64,000 nucleotides of DNA from a virus. Taxonomy: Duplodnaviria > Caudoviricetes. The translations under genes were made by a program, and so were the position numbers. How positions within the stretch are numbered: the first letter of the stretch is position 1; every line of letters starts with the position of its first letter. The notes under the pieces were generated by a model that was not told the DNA's origin, did not search any database, and saw only the letters and a list, made by a program, of their open reading frames with translations. Location: IMG/VR virus record IMGVR_UViG_3300042881_004206; one strand, written 5' to 3'. This document shows positions 1-8,645 of the stretch, piece after piece.

Positions 1-108
1 GTCAGTTGTGAATCGTTGCACCGAAAAGGATTGGTTAAACTGCACCACCACAATCTTTCTTTTGGTGAAGATTCTGACGATAAGATTGTAGTCGAAAGAA
101 TCGTTTAA
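1..108 (+). CDS. 3' end of a gene truncated by the window edge (hypothetical)
   Basis: Frame 1 open from base 1 to TAA at 106-108 (VSCESLHRKG...VERIV); next ORF starts 2 nt later. Confidence 0.4.
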   Translation, partial: VSCESLHRKGLVKLHHHNLSFGEDSDDKIVVERIV

Positions 109-109
109 T

Positions 110-265
110 ATGTTAATAATGTTTTTATTTTTGATGCTAACTGGTTTGGCTTTGTTAGTATCAATTGAAGATTTCAAATACGGTAATAATAAATCTGGAT
201 GGTTTTGTTTATTTTTGTCCGCATTTAATTTTACAAATTTTGTAAACATTGTATACAATTATTGA
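110..265 (+). CDS. small hydrophobic (membrane) protein, 51 aa, absent from ORF track
   Basis: Manual translation MLIMFLFLMLTGLALLVSIEDFKYGNNKSGWFCLFLSAFNFTNFVNIVYNY; two hydrophobic stretches. Confidence 0.5.
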   Translation: MLIMFLFLMLTGLALLVSIEDFKYGNNKSGWFCLFLSAFNFTNFVNIVYNY

Positions 266-289
266 AAGTGTTGTTTTTATACAACGAAT

Positions 290-314
290 AGTCGACCGCA
301 ATGGTCGACTTTTT
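290..314 (+). terminator. probable intrinsic terminator
   Basis: Stem AGTCGACC / GGTCGACT with GCAAT loop followed by T run, just upstream of a promoter. Confidence 0.5.
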
Positions 315-322
315 TCATTCCG

Positions 323-350
323 CTTGCCATTTTCCGTCCATCCGCTACAA
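323..350 (+). promoter_or_regulatory. sigma70-type early promoter
   Basis: TTGCCA-16 nt-TACAAT, 31 nt upstream of ATG 382. Confidence 0.55.
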
Positions 351-381
351 TCCATTTATTCACTCAACAAAGCACAGCACT

Positions 382-1269
382 ATGACCCAAGTTACTTTCG
401 TTAACGGCAAATACCAGGCTCTTATCAACGGCAAGATTGTCAAGCGTGCCAGTCGCGCTCATATGGATTATGTTTTGCGCAAGGCCGGTTTGTCCGCCAA
501 AACCGCGGATGTTAAGGAGCCTTCCCGTGAGTCCCGCTTTTCTATCAATGAACGCTTTGGTTTCGTTACCGATATGGTGACCATGCTCGCCAATGGTGCA
601 CAATCGTCCGTGGTTATCACTGGTCCTGGTGGTCTTGGCAAGTCCTATACGGTGTCCAAGACTCTGGAGAATGGTGGTTTCAAGGATGTTACCACCGTGG
701 ACGCCCTTGAGGTTGGTTTCCGTATCAATCACCACAAGTCCTTCCGTGTTATCAAAGGTTACTCCACGCCGAAAGGTTTGTATCGTTTGCTGTGGGAAAA
801 CCGTGACGGTGTTTTGGTGTTTGATGATTGCGATTCCGTACTCAAGGATCCAGTTTCCCTTAATCTGTTGAAAGGTGCTCTTGATTCTTATTCTCGCCGT
901 ATTATTTCATGGCGTGCGGATATTCGTGATGATGACCTGCCTACTTCCTTCGAATTTAAGGGCCGTGTTGTTTTCATCTCCAATTTGTCCTCTTCCCAGA
1001 TTGACCAGGCCATTATCACGCGCTCGATGGCTGTTGACCTGTCCATGACTACTGCTCAAAAGATTGAGCGTATGCGGTTCATTATGGATTCTGATGAGTT
1101 TATGCCTGAATTCAGCAAGCAACATAAGGTAGATGCTCTTAATCTTATCGACCAACTCAAGGATACGGTCAAGGAATTGTCGCTGCGTACTCTGATTCAG
1201 GTTACAAATATCCGCGCTAATGCAGGTGCCAACTGGCGTAATCTTGCTGAGTATACTATTTGTGGTTGA
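382..1269 (+). CDS. AAA+ family ATPase
   Basis: Walker A GPGGLGKS, Walker B VLVFDD, sensor-like FISN, IITRS; start moved to MTQVTF (382) because the track start overlaps the promoter. Confidence 0.8.
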   Translation: MTQVTFVNGKYQALINGKIVKRASRAHMDYVLRKAGLSAKTADVKEPSRESRFSINERFGFVTDMVTMLANGAQSSVVITGPGGLGKSYTVSKTLENGGFKDVTTVDALEVGFRINHHKSFRVIKGYSTPKGLYRLLWENRDGVLVFDDCDSVLKDPVSLNLLKGALDSYSRRIISWRADIRDDDLPTSFEFKGRVVFISNLSSSQIDQAIITRSMAVDLSMTTAQKIERMRFIMDSDEFMPEFSKQHKVDALNLIDQLKDTVKELSLRTLIQVTNIRANAGANWRNLAEYTICG

Positions 1270-1280
1270 TGAGGTAAATT

Positions 1281-1523
1281 ATGAAAACAATTATTGTTAA
1301 ATCCAGTTATGGTGATGTTATGTCATTTGTACCCGTGAGTGGGAATATCTATAAGTTTGGTAGTGAAATTCTATATTGCCGATTTGGTGGTAATGATATG
1401 AAGGATTTAGAGTTTTTCGATCCCCCTGGCGGTCCATTTATTTCGGCGGGTTATTCGATTGATGGCCGTAAGGTAGTTCGTATTATGGCTGAAGAAGACG
1501 GAATCTATTTTGAGGTAGAATGA
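1281..1523 (+). CDS. hypothetical protein
   Basis: 80 aa, GAGG RBS, coupled to next ORF. Confidence 0.6.
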   Translation: MKTIIVKSSYGDVMSFVPVSGNIYKFGSEILYCRFGGNDMKDLEFFDPPGGPFISAGYSIDGRKVVRIMAEEDGIYFEVE

Positions 1524-2095
1524 TTTCTCTGAGAATTGCCGAAACACCCGAAGATAAGAGTATTGCTGATCAAATGGTCATACAGCACCATTCCTATGTG
1601 GCTTCGGCGAGAACTGTAGGCCGCTGTATGAAATATATTATTTCTACTGCATATGAGGGAAAAGATATTGGCACCTTTTGGGTTGGTTCTGGTTTTAAAC
1701 CTACGCCTAAATCTATTCTGAATCATTTTGGCATGAGTCAATCAGAATATGATGGAATATTCAATGAAGTTGCCGACAATAAACGATTCTGCATGGTCGA
1801 AAAGATTCCAAACCTTGGCTCTCAGATATTAAAGGCCATACGCCGAAGGGTTAAAAAAGATTGGTATCAAAGATATGGTGACAATCTAAGGGCGATTATC
1901 ACGACCATTGGTGGGAATAAGAGTGGCTCAGTATATCTTGCCGACAATTGGAAACAAATTGGTTATACTGCCGGGTTACCTGCCAATCGTAAGTCTGTGA
2001 GTATGAAATGGGATGATAAGGATTCTATTGCTCAGAAGTATGTAAAACCCACAGGTGAAAACAAGAAAATTATATTAATTACGGAGAGAATATGA
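1520..2095 (+). CDS. DUF4338 (DruA) / Mom-like GNAT-fold protein
   Basis: HHSY, GR..KY, NKRF, PNLGSQIL...DWYQRYG, SGSVYLADNWKQIGYTAG resemble the DUF4338/Mom motif series NLAS..L...DW...YG...G..Y.A.NW...G.T.G. Confidence 0.6.
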   Translation: MISLRIAETPEDKSIADQMVIQHHSYVASARTVGRCMKYIISTAYEGKDIGTFWVGSGFKPTPKSILNHFGMSQSEYDGIFNEVADNKRFCMVEKIPNLGSQILKAIRRRVKKDWYQRYGDNLRAIITTIGGNKSGSVYLADNWKQIGYTAGLPANRKSVSMKWDDKDSIAQKYVKPTGENKKIILITERI

Positions 2096-2319
2096 ATAAA
2101 CTTTTCGATTTATTGCAACAATCAGAAGTATCTATTACTCATGTAAAACATTTTAATGGACATATTGATATTGAAAAATTTGCTAAATTGATTGTTGAAG
2201 AATGCATTGATATAATCAATAAAACACCGAATGGTTATCGCGACTATCGAAATCAAATTGAAGATGCTATGCGTAACGCCTGTGTAGATGATATTAAAGA
2301 ACATTTTGGAGTTGAATAA
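2092..2319 (+). CDS. hypothetical protein
   Basis: 75 aa, GGAG RBS, IEKFAKLIVEEC motif frequent in phage hypotheticals. Confidence 0.6.
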   Translation: MNKLFDLLQQSEVSITHVKHFNGHIDIEKFAKLIVEECIDIINKTPNGYRDYRNQIEDAMRNACVDDIKEHFGVE

Positions 2320-2489
2320 TGTTGATGAACCTAATTGTATATGGTATTCTTGGATACCTACTATCATCCATGGAAATTACCATAACAAAAGAACCTGCAC
2401 TTTTCTTTTCTTTTCTTGCACTATTCATGCTCATAGATACTAAACCATGGGAACACTGGAACAAAGATGAAACAAACAATAAATCTTAA
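2319..2489 (+). CDS. small membrane protein, 56 aa, absent from ORF track
   Basis: TAATG overlap with previous stop; MLMNLIVYGILGYLLSSMEITITKEPALFFSFLALFMLIDTKPWEHWNKDETNNKS. Confidence 0.5.
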   Translation: MLMNLIVYGILGYLLSSMEITITKEPALFFSFLALFMLIDTKPWEHWNKDETNNKS

Positions 2490-2670
2490 CTATAATGATG
2501 TTCAACGAATTCTTTCAGTTATGGAAAAATTCAATGTTTATGATAAATCTGTGCAACTGGTACATGATAGTTGTGCTGTTGGTTATACAATTGATCTTCA
2601 ATTTGAATATCTTCTGTGTGGTGAATTGGTCACTGTAACTGTACCTGTTGCAACATCGGAACATTGGTAA
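2467..2670 (+). CDS. hypothetical protein
   Basis: 67-aa ORF in co-directional run. Confidence 0.55.
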   Translation: MKQTINLNYNDVQRILSVMEKFNVYDKSVQLVHDSCAVGYTIDLQFEYLLCGELVTVTVPVATSEHW

Positions 2671-2678
2671 TAATATAA

Positions 2679-2888
2679 ATGCGTTACTATGCATACATGG
2701 AATACGATGCTAAAGGTGATCACAAATTAACAGTATCTGAAGAAGACATTAAACAAATGTATTGGCCATATTGGTATGAAAATAAATGTGAAAAGTACGG
2801 CAAAGAATTGACAGATAAAATGTATACATTTGAACATTGTTTGAAAGATTGGATTCAATTATATTGGGCATGGCCAGTTAACAAATAA
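2679..2888 (+). CDS. hypothetical protein
   Basis: 69-aa aromatic-rich ORF in co-directional run. Confidence 0.6.
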   Translation: MRYYAYMEYDAKGDHKLTVSEEDIKQMYWPYWYENKCEKYGKELTDKMYTFEHCLKDWIQLYWAWPVNK

Positions 2889-2901
2889 GAGGAGACAAAT
2901 T

Positions 2902-3273
2902 GTGCGAGAAGATTTAGATAAACTGCTGTGCGAAAAATATCCAAAGATTTTTGCTGATCATTATAATTTTGAATGTGGTGATGGTTGGTTTGATTTGATT
3001 GATAATCTATGTTCATCAATTCAAAATCACATTGATTATAACCATGCACCACAGGTAGTTGTTGAACAAGTAAAAGAAAAGTTTGGCACTCTGCGATTTT
3101 ATTATCGTGGTGGTGACGATATGATTTCAGGTATGGTTTGGCATGTTGAAAATCTAAGCGGTAAAACCTGTGAAGTATGTGGCGCACCAGGTAAAACCCG
3201 AGGCAAAGGTTGGTACTATACTGCTTGTGACAAACACGCTAGACCTGGTGATTTTAATGATGAGGTAAATTAA
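2902..3273 (+). CDS. conserved phage hypothetical protein with C-terminal Zn-finger-like motif
   Basis: GTG start after GAGGAG; QVKEKFGTLRFY motif; CEVCG...TACDKH. Confidence 0.7.
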   Translation: MREDLDKLLCEKYPKIFADHYNFECGDGWFDLIDNLCSSIQNHIDYNHAPQVVVEQVKEKFGTLRFYYRGGDDMISGMVWHVENLSGKTCEVCGAPGKTRGKGWYYTACDKHARPGDFNDEVN

Positions 3274-3869
3274 TGTTAGAAACAATTTCAGAACTATTTC
3301 AAGAAGCTTACAAACGTAATTGGATTACTGCTCGTGATGGTAATGCATCTATTCGATGGCATGACCGTGACCATTTTTATGTAACACCAAGTGGTGTGAG
3401 GAAACAAACTCTGCAACCAGAAATGTTTAAGAAGATTTCATTGGATGGTGTTGATTTGCACTATACGGATATAAGCAAGAATCTGATGGCCAGTGGTGAA
3501 TTGCCTATGCATAAAACATTGCAACAAAATATAAACACCGAGGTTCGTGTTGTGTTGCATTTTCATCCAACATATACTGTTGCAGCGATGTATAAGGGAA
3601 TACAATTGCCAGATTTGCTCAATGAATTTCCTGAATTGAGTAGATATACCAGTGTTGCACCTAATGTACCATTGCTTCCTCCTATTACGGAAGAATTGGC
3701 TGTTGCCTGTGTGGCAAATTTAGGTTACAATACCGAAACTGGTGCAGTAAAATATAACATTGTTGGTATGGATCGTCATGGTGTGGTTGCTGTAGATACT
3801 AGTCCATGGCGTGCATTTGAACACATTGAACGCCTTGAACATATTTGTAAAATTGTTCTTGCAAGTTAG
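3273..3869 (+). CDS. class II aldolase/adducin family protein (MtnB/FucA-like)
   Basis: ARDGNASIR, FYVTPSG, SGELPMH, VLHFHP, HGVVA metal-binding motif pattern. Confidence 0.8.
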   Translation: MLETISELFQEAYKRNWITARDGNASIRWHDRDHFYVTPSGVRKQTLQPEMFKKISLDGVDLHYTDISKNLMASGELPMHKTLQQNINTEVRVVLHFHPTYTVAAMYKGIQLPDLLNEFPELSRYTSVAPNVPLLPPITEELAVACVANLGYNTETGAVKYNIVGMDRHGVVAVDTSPWRAFEHIERLEHICKIVLAS

Positions 3870-3877
3870 GTAACATT

Positions 3878-4255
3878 ATGGATGAGAAGCAAAAAAATGC
3901 TCTAGATAATTTAGAAGAAACTTCACGAATCTTTCAAGAAGTTTTTGATGAAATTGAAAAAGAACAGGAAGAATATTGGAATTCTTTGACTGAAGAACAA
4001 CGATTAAAAGCTTTCTGTGCAGTATCTCGCCGAATACACGAAGGTGAAATCGAAAAGAAAGGTTCTTATCGTTATGTGCTTTATGATGTTTTTGGTTTTG
4101 GGCCTGAAGCATATGCACAAGCACAAATGGCAGGATATCTTGCCATCCACAATTCCATCATGTATGATGACTATGATTCGAAGCTGTTGAAAGCATTTTG
4201 CAAGAAATACAATATTGATAATGCTGATGAAAAGGTTACGGAATTTTTGATATGA
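3878..4255 (+). CDS. hypothetical protein
   Basis: 125-aa ORF, co-directional. Confidence 0.65.
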   Translation: MDEKQKNALDNLEETSRIFQEVFDEIEKEQEEYWNSLTEEQRLKAFCAVSRRIHEGEIEKKGSYRYVLYDVFGFGPEAYAQAQMAGYLAIHNSIMYDDYDSKLLKAFCKKYNIDNADEKVTEFLI

Positions 4256-4458
4256 TTAAAGAACCTGTTACTAAAAGTGATTTGAATCGAATAATGTTTC
4301 CTATTCTCGGCCGTTTCAAATATGTTGAAATATGGTGGCAATCTGAAAACAAAGCATTCAATAATAAAACACCCAATGAATTGTATTGGGCTGGTGGTGA
4401 ATCACGCCAAAAGGTGATTGATTATGTTCTTGGCCAAATGAACGGTGATTATTCTTAA
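4252..4458 (+). CDS. possible Xre/MbcA/ParS C-terminal-like (DUF2384) domain protein
   Basis: IWWQSENKAFNNKTPNELY...VIDYV resembles the W...PN.AL.G..P..LL...V..YL pattern. Confidence 0.45.
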   Translation: MIKEPVTKSDLNRIMFPILGRFKYVEIWWQSENKAFNNKTPNELYWAGGESRQKVIDYVLGQMNGDYS

Positions 4459-4473
4459 AAAGGAAATTATATT

Positions 4474-4890
4474 ATGATGCCTGCTGGTCTGTATTATGTT
4501 GGTGATTTGTGTTATGTAATGACTGACGAAGAATGGGACGATTTCTGTTCTATTACCATTAAAGGTAATGAATGTTTGTCTGGTGAATTTACAATGCCTG
4601 ATGGTCGTAAGTTTGCAACATATAACACCATGTATGGTGATGGTGAATATTCAGATCAATCTGCCCATTATTCTTTTGTTGTAGATTCGGGTTCGATTGG
4701 TTGCATTAAACTAACAGAAATTAACGTTGGTATTGATGATGTTGGTCGTTTAGGTTCTGTTATTCAATTCAATAGTGATTTTGAAACATCAGGCGGCCGT
4801 GATGAAAAATGGGATGGTGTGATTCGATTTGGCCACATACATATTGATACCGATCCAAATATCGAATTTGATGATAGTGGTTGGATTTAA
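4474..4890 (+). CDS. conserved phage hypothetical protein (acidic)
   Basis: YYVGDLCYV and VDSGSIG motifs; AAGG RBS. Confidence 0.65.
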   Translation: MMPAGLYYVGDLCYVMTDEEWDDFCSITIKGNECLSGEFTMPDGRKFATYNTMYGDGEYSDQSAHYSFVVDSGSIGCIKLTEINVGIDDVGRLGSVIQFNSDFETSGGRDEKWDGVIRFGHIHIDTDPNIEFDDSGWI

Positions 4891-4899
4891 GGAGAACCT

Positions 4900-5160
4900 A
4901 TGAGTGACCAAGAAGCAAAAGAAAAACGTTCTCGCCGAATTCAAAAAGAAGAAAATGCAATTCGCAAACAACTAAAACTGGCCAAAACATTTCATATGGA
5001 TGTAAAAGACCATGAAGGACACCGTTTTGCAAAACACCATGCATTGGATTGTGGAATTCCCAGTTGCCCAATGTGTTCCAGTCCTAGGAAAATCCGTGGT
5101 GAACTAACTATCCAGGAAAAACGTATGTACCAGGATATTGATCCGAATACCGAAGATTGA
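4900..5160 (+). CDS. hypothetical protein with Cys cluster
   Basis: GGAG RBS; HHALDCGIPSCPMC putative Zn site. Confidence 0.65.
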   Translation: MSDQEAKEKRSRRIQKEENAIRKQLKLAKTFHMDVKDHEGHRFAKHHALDCGIPSCPMCSSPRKIRGELTIQEKRMYQDIDPNTED

Positions 5161-5181
5161 TGTTGTATATTTGCAACATGG

Positions 5182-5210
5182 TTGCCAACCAACCATATTT
5201 TTGTTATAAT
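5182..5210 (+). promoter_or_regulatory. sigma70-type early promoter
   Basis: TTGCCA-17 nt-TATAAT. Confidence 0.75.
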
Positions 5211-5238
5211 GTAGTTTTTGAAATGTTGGAGTGAATCT

Positions 5239-6378
5239 ATGAGTCTAAATCGAAACGGTCGTGCATTTGTTCTCGCTGCTGAAGAAAAGTTTGGTATTGG
5301 TGCAATTATCACTCGCGATAATATCAATTCTGTAGTTGAAGAAAAAGGTGTGCCCTATCCCCATTGGCTTGTAACTAAGTCTGAACATCGATACGACCGA
5401 GGTTTGTATCGACTACCCAATATTGGTACGCAACAAATTAAACAAAAAGAACCTGAACTTGAAATGAATCTATCTGCTCAGGTGGTTTCTTTTCGTCAAC
5501 CTAAATTGATTGACGATTCCGACACTTCAATCCCCACTCTTTATCCTGACTATGTTCAATTTGGATTTTTTAAAGACCTGTCTAATATTGTTAAATCTCG
5601 GATGTTTTATCCTGTGTTCATTACAGGTCTATCGGGAAATGGTAAAACACTCATGGTTGAACAAGTTTGCGCAGTCTTGCAGCGTGAATGTATTCGTGTT
5701 AACATTTCGATTGAAACTGATGAGTCTGATCTTCTCGGTGGTCCAACTCTTGTTAATGGTAATGTTGTTAATCGGGATGGTCCTGTTATTCAAGCAATGA
5801 AGAAAGGTGCAGTCCTTCTGATTGATGAGGTTGACCGCGGTTCAAATAAACTTATGTGCTTACAGGGTATTCTAGAAGGTAAGCCATACTATAATAAAAA
5901 GAATGGTGAACTGGTCACTCCCGTATCAGGATTCAATGTAATTGCTACCGCAAACACCAAAGGTCGCGGTTCAGATGAAGGTCGCTATCTTTCACAGATT
6001 CTAGATGATGCTTTCTTGGAGCGTTTTCCAATTACTATTGAACAGGAATATCCTGATATTAAAACAGAAAAGAAGATTCTGAGTCCTCTTATTCCAGATC
6101 AAGAGTTTGTTGATTATTTGGTTCAATGGGCTGATGTTGTGCGTCAATCATTTGATCAAGGTGCTGTTGATGAAATTATCTCTACCCGGCGACTAGTGCA
6201 TATTGCAAAAGCTTACTCAATCTTTAAAAATCGTGTAAAGGCCATTGAATTGTGCGTTTCGAGGTTTGATTCGGAAACCAAGAGTGCTTTCCTTGACCTT
6301 TACAGTAAGGTTGATCCTAGTGTAAGTGGCGACACGGAATCCACACAAACAACCGTACCAAAAGAAATTTTAACTTAA
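5239..6378 (+). CDS. MoxR/CobS-like AAA+ ATPase
   Basis: GLSGNGKT Walker A, LLIDEVD Walker B, IATANTKG, DAFLERF, ISTRRL; start at MSLNR (5239) after GGAG. Confidence 0.85.
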   Translation: MSLNRNGRAFVLAAEEKFGIGAIITRDNINSVVEEKGVPYPHWLVTKSEHRYDRGLYRLPNIGTQQIKQKEPELEMNLSAQVVSFRQPKLIDDSDTSIPTLYPDYVQFGFFKDLSNIVKSRMFYPVFITGLSGNGKTLMVEQVCAVLQRECIRVNISIETDESDLLGGPTLVNGNVVNRDGPVIQAMKKGAVLLIDEVDRGSNKLMCLQGILEGKPYYNKKNGELVTPVSGFNVIATANTKGRGSDEGRYLSQILDDAFLERFPITIEQEYPDIKTEKKILSPLIPDQEFVDYLVQWADVVRQSFDQGAVDEIISTRRLVHIAKAYSIFKNRVKAIELCVSRFDSETKSAFLDLYSKVDPSVSGDTESTQTTVPKEILT

Positions 6379-6401
6379 TTAAAACATAACCGAAAAAGTG
6401 G

Positions 6402-6430
6402 TTGCCAACATTACTTTTTTCGGTTATAAT
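6402..6430 (+). promoter_or_regulatory. sigma70-type promoter embedded in an inverted repeat
   Basis: TTGCCA-17 nt-TATAAT, flanked by ATAACCGAAAAA / TTTTTCGGTTAT arms. Confidence 0.7.
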
Positions 6431-6474
6431 CCATAATGTTGGTTTTATTATTTGTTTTTTGAAAGGATATTATT

Positions 6475-6810
6475 ATGTCTAATGTTGTTCGTAAAGGTAA
6501 GCAAAATCGTCACGAAAAGATTACACAGGTTCTTCTTTCTGGTAAGCCTGTATCTCCTGATGAGATTCGTGCTGTATTCAAGGATACCGACCAAGAAAAG
6601 GTAATGTATCGACTGAGTACAAACATTTATAACATTCGCCTTGATGGTGGTATTATCAAAGTTCACAAGACTGGTCGTACTGTAACCGCTTATCAACTCG
6701 TGAATTTTGAAGAATTCAATTCTGAAGGTCGTTATGTGGGTAAGCAAAACAAGGTTAACCCTAATCCTGTAACTGTTGAGGTTGAAAATAACGAAACTGT
6801 TGAGGTCTAA
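6475..6810 (+). CDS. putative winged-helix DNA-binding protein
   Basis: Helix-turn-helix-like VSPDEIRAVF...YRLSTNIYNIR followed by beta hairpin IIKVHKTGRTVTAYQL. Confidence 0.45.
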   Translation: MSNVVRKGKQNRHEKITQVLLSGKPVSPDEIRAVFKDTDQEKVMYRLSTNIYNIRLDGGIIKVHKTGRTVTAYQLVNFEEFNSEGRYVGKQNKVNPNPVTVEVENNETVEV

Positions 6811-6852
6811 TATGATCACGGTATATAACCGAATAGAAGGAGTGGACGAATA

Positions 6853-7245
6853 ATGGCACTTTGGAAAATTACACCTACATGGAAAAAATCCATTGTAGAA
6901 GTTCAAGAATGGGTAAAGCCCGGTTCTGATGATGTTATCACGCACGAAATTGGTTGGCGTTGGGGTGAATTCTTTATTGAAACTGAGGATGATAATCCAC
7001 CTAAAATCGAAGAAGGTGTGGACATGTTTAATCTCCCTGATGACCTAACTTGTGACGATTGGTCTACAGAAGATGGTTGTTGGGAAGAAACAGATATTGA
7101 AATTGATGATGAAAATGAACACGAAGAAGTTGAAGAATTCTTGTCTGAAAATTCTATCTATGATCTAGAAGAAAAAGATTGGGTATTGTCCGATTCATAC
7201 ATGTACATTAATTGTGAATTGAATATCGAACGGGTTGAAGACTAA
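6853..7245 (+). CDS. highly acidic hypothetical protein
   Basis: About 41 D/E versus 8 K/R in 130 aa by manual count. Confidence 0.65.
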   Translation: MALWKITPTWKKSIVEVQEWVKPGSDDVITHEIGWRWGEFFIETEDDNPPKIEEGVDMFNLPDDLTCDDWSTEDGCWEETDIEIDDENEHEEVEEFLSENSIYDLEEKDWVLSDSYMYINCELNIERVED

Positions 7246-7427
7246 CTTCAATAATTTCCATGATTATTCTTAAAGATTTTTTAGATTTTTTAAGGTACTG
7301 TACATTCAAGGAAATTAAAACTCTTTTTATATTATTTTTTGTTAGCTTGCTTCAATTATTTGTTCCTCTTTTTCTGTTTTATTCAATCTATATAATATAT
7401 ACAACATAAACTTTTGGAAAATTTATT

Positions 7428-7766
7428 ATGTCTAGAAAAAAATTGTTTCTTGTTGAAACCATTTCTATGTTTCGTCATAGGTATGTGGTGAAAGCAAAGG
7501 AAGAATCTCATGCTCTTGATGAGGTTGTGATGAATGTTGGTTCAGATTATAAAGATTGTTTCGAAGAATTTTCACAATATCATATCGATGAGGTGATTTC
7601 TTCATCTAGACCTATTTCTAAAGAAGAATATTTTGAATTGTTTGATAAAGATAATAACTATCTGAAGAATTGGAACGAAAAACAAAAGCTTCGTTTCATT
7701 AATGTAATTGACTATGAGGAAGATAATCATGGCGACAACCAAGAAAACGACAAAAGCCTCGACTGA
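7428..7766 (+). CDS. hypothetical protein
   Basis: 112-aa ORF. Confidence 0.6.
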   Translation: MSRKKLFLVETISMFRHRYVVKAKEESHALDEVVMNVGSDYKDCFEEFSQYHIDEVISSSRPISKEEYFELFDKDNNYLKNWNEKQKLRFINVIDYEEDNHGDNQENDKSLD

Positions 7767-7944
7767 AAAGAAAACACGGGTATCAATTAAAAAGGCAATT
7801 GATAACATTCAATCCACACAAGTGTTTTTTCCTAAAGTGACTGTAGGTTCTCACTTAACGGTTACAGAATTTGCTAATGGTGCAACATATCTCGCATGGA
7901 ATGATGATGCACTACTGAAAGAAATTCAGGCAGCAACAAAATGA
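7729..7944 (+). CDS. hypothetical protein
   Basis: Start MATTKK at 7729 after GAGGA. Confidence 0.55.
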   Translation: MATTKKTTKASTEKKTRVSIKKAIDNIQSTQVFFPKVTVGSHLTVTEFANGATYLAWNDDALLKEIQAATK

Positions 7945-8645
7945 AGGTATATATCTCCCGATATCGTAATCATTGGCTGAGTCCTTATACTATCCTAGAA
8001 AAGGTTTGTTTTTGGGAAAAAGATAGGGATGTATTCTATAATCTGGAAGACAAACCAGACCACAAGTATGAAAAATGGGTTAATTTTTTGACTCCAATTT
8101 GTCAATCTCTGCAAAAGTTCCTTGATTTTGTTCATCCTCGTGTTGAGTATGTCAAGATTGATTACTACGATACTTGGAACATGGACCGAACTATAGGTTT
8201 GATTGCTCTCCCTATGTTGAAGCAATTGAAAGAAAAGAAACACGGTTCACCATTTGTTGACCTTGAGGATGTGCCAGAGTATCTCCGTGCAACCACAACG
8301 GAAGAATATGATGGTCAGTCTACTTTTGATTTCTACAAAGAACATAAAGTAAAAGAAGGTGAATGTGATATTCATGCACGCTGGGAATGGGTGATGAACG
8401 AAATGATTTTCGCTTTCGAACATCACCTAGATGATTCTTGGGAAGAAAAATATCGTAGTGGTGTTATTGATTGGAAAAATCAACCGTGTGCATGGGATGA
8501 AAATGGTAAGGCCACATTGTTTAAAACATCGAATGGACCAAATCATACATATGAATGTGATTATGATGGTATGGATGTAGTATACAAAAGAATTCAAAAT
8601 GGTTTCAGGCTTTTCGGTAAATACTATCAAGGTCTGTGGGACTGA
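7941..8645 (+). CDS. conserved phage hypothetical protein
   Basis: IDYYDTWNMD...PMLKQLK...HGSP, RWEWVMNEMIFAF, GFRLFGKYY motifs. Confidence 0.7.
   Translation: MKVYISRYRNHWLSPYTILEKVCFWEKDRDVFYNLEDKPDHKYEKWVNFLTPICQSLQKFLDFVHPRVEYVKIDYYDTWNMDRTIGLIALPMLKQLKEKKHGSPFVDLEDVPEYLRATTTEEYDGQSTFDFYKEHKVKEGECDIHARWEWVMNEMIFAFEHHLDDSWEEKYRSGVIDWKNQPCAWDENGKATLFKTSNGPNHTYECDYDGMDVVYKRIQNGFRLFGKYYQGLWD

Noticed and set aside
301-381. N-terminal extension of the AAA ORF (similar extensions at 5218, 15044 and 24185-24226)
   Set aside because: Extensions overlap promoter boxes; downstream ATGs fit better
7246-7427. AT-rich intergenic stretch as a hidden minus-strand gene
   Set aside because: Only short stop-interrupted frames without RBS; no clear structure
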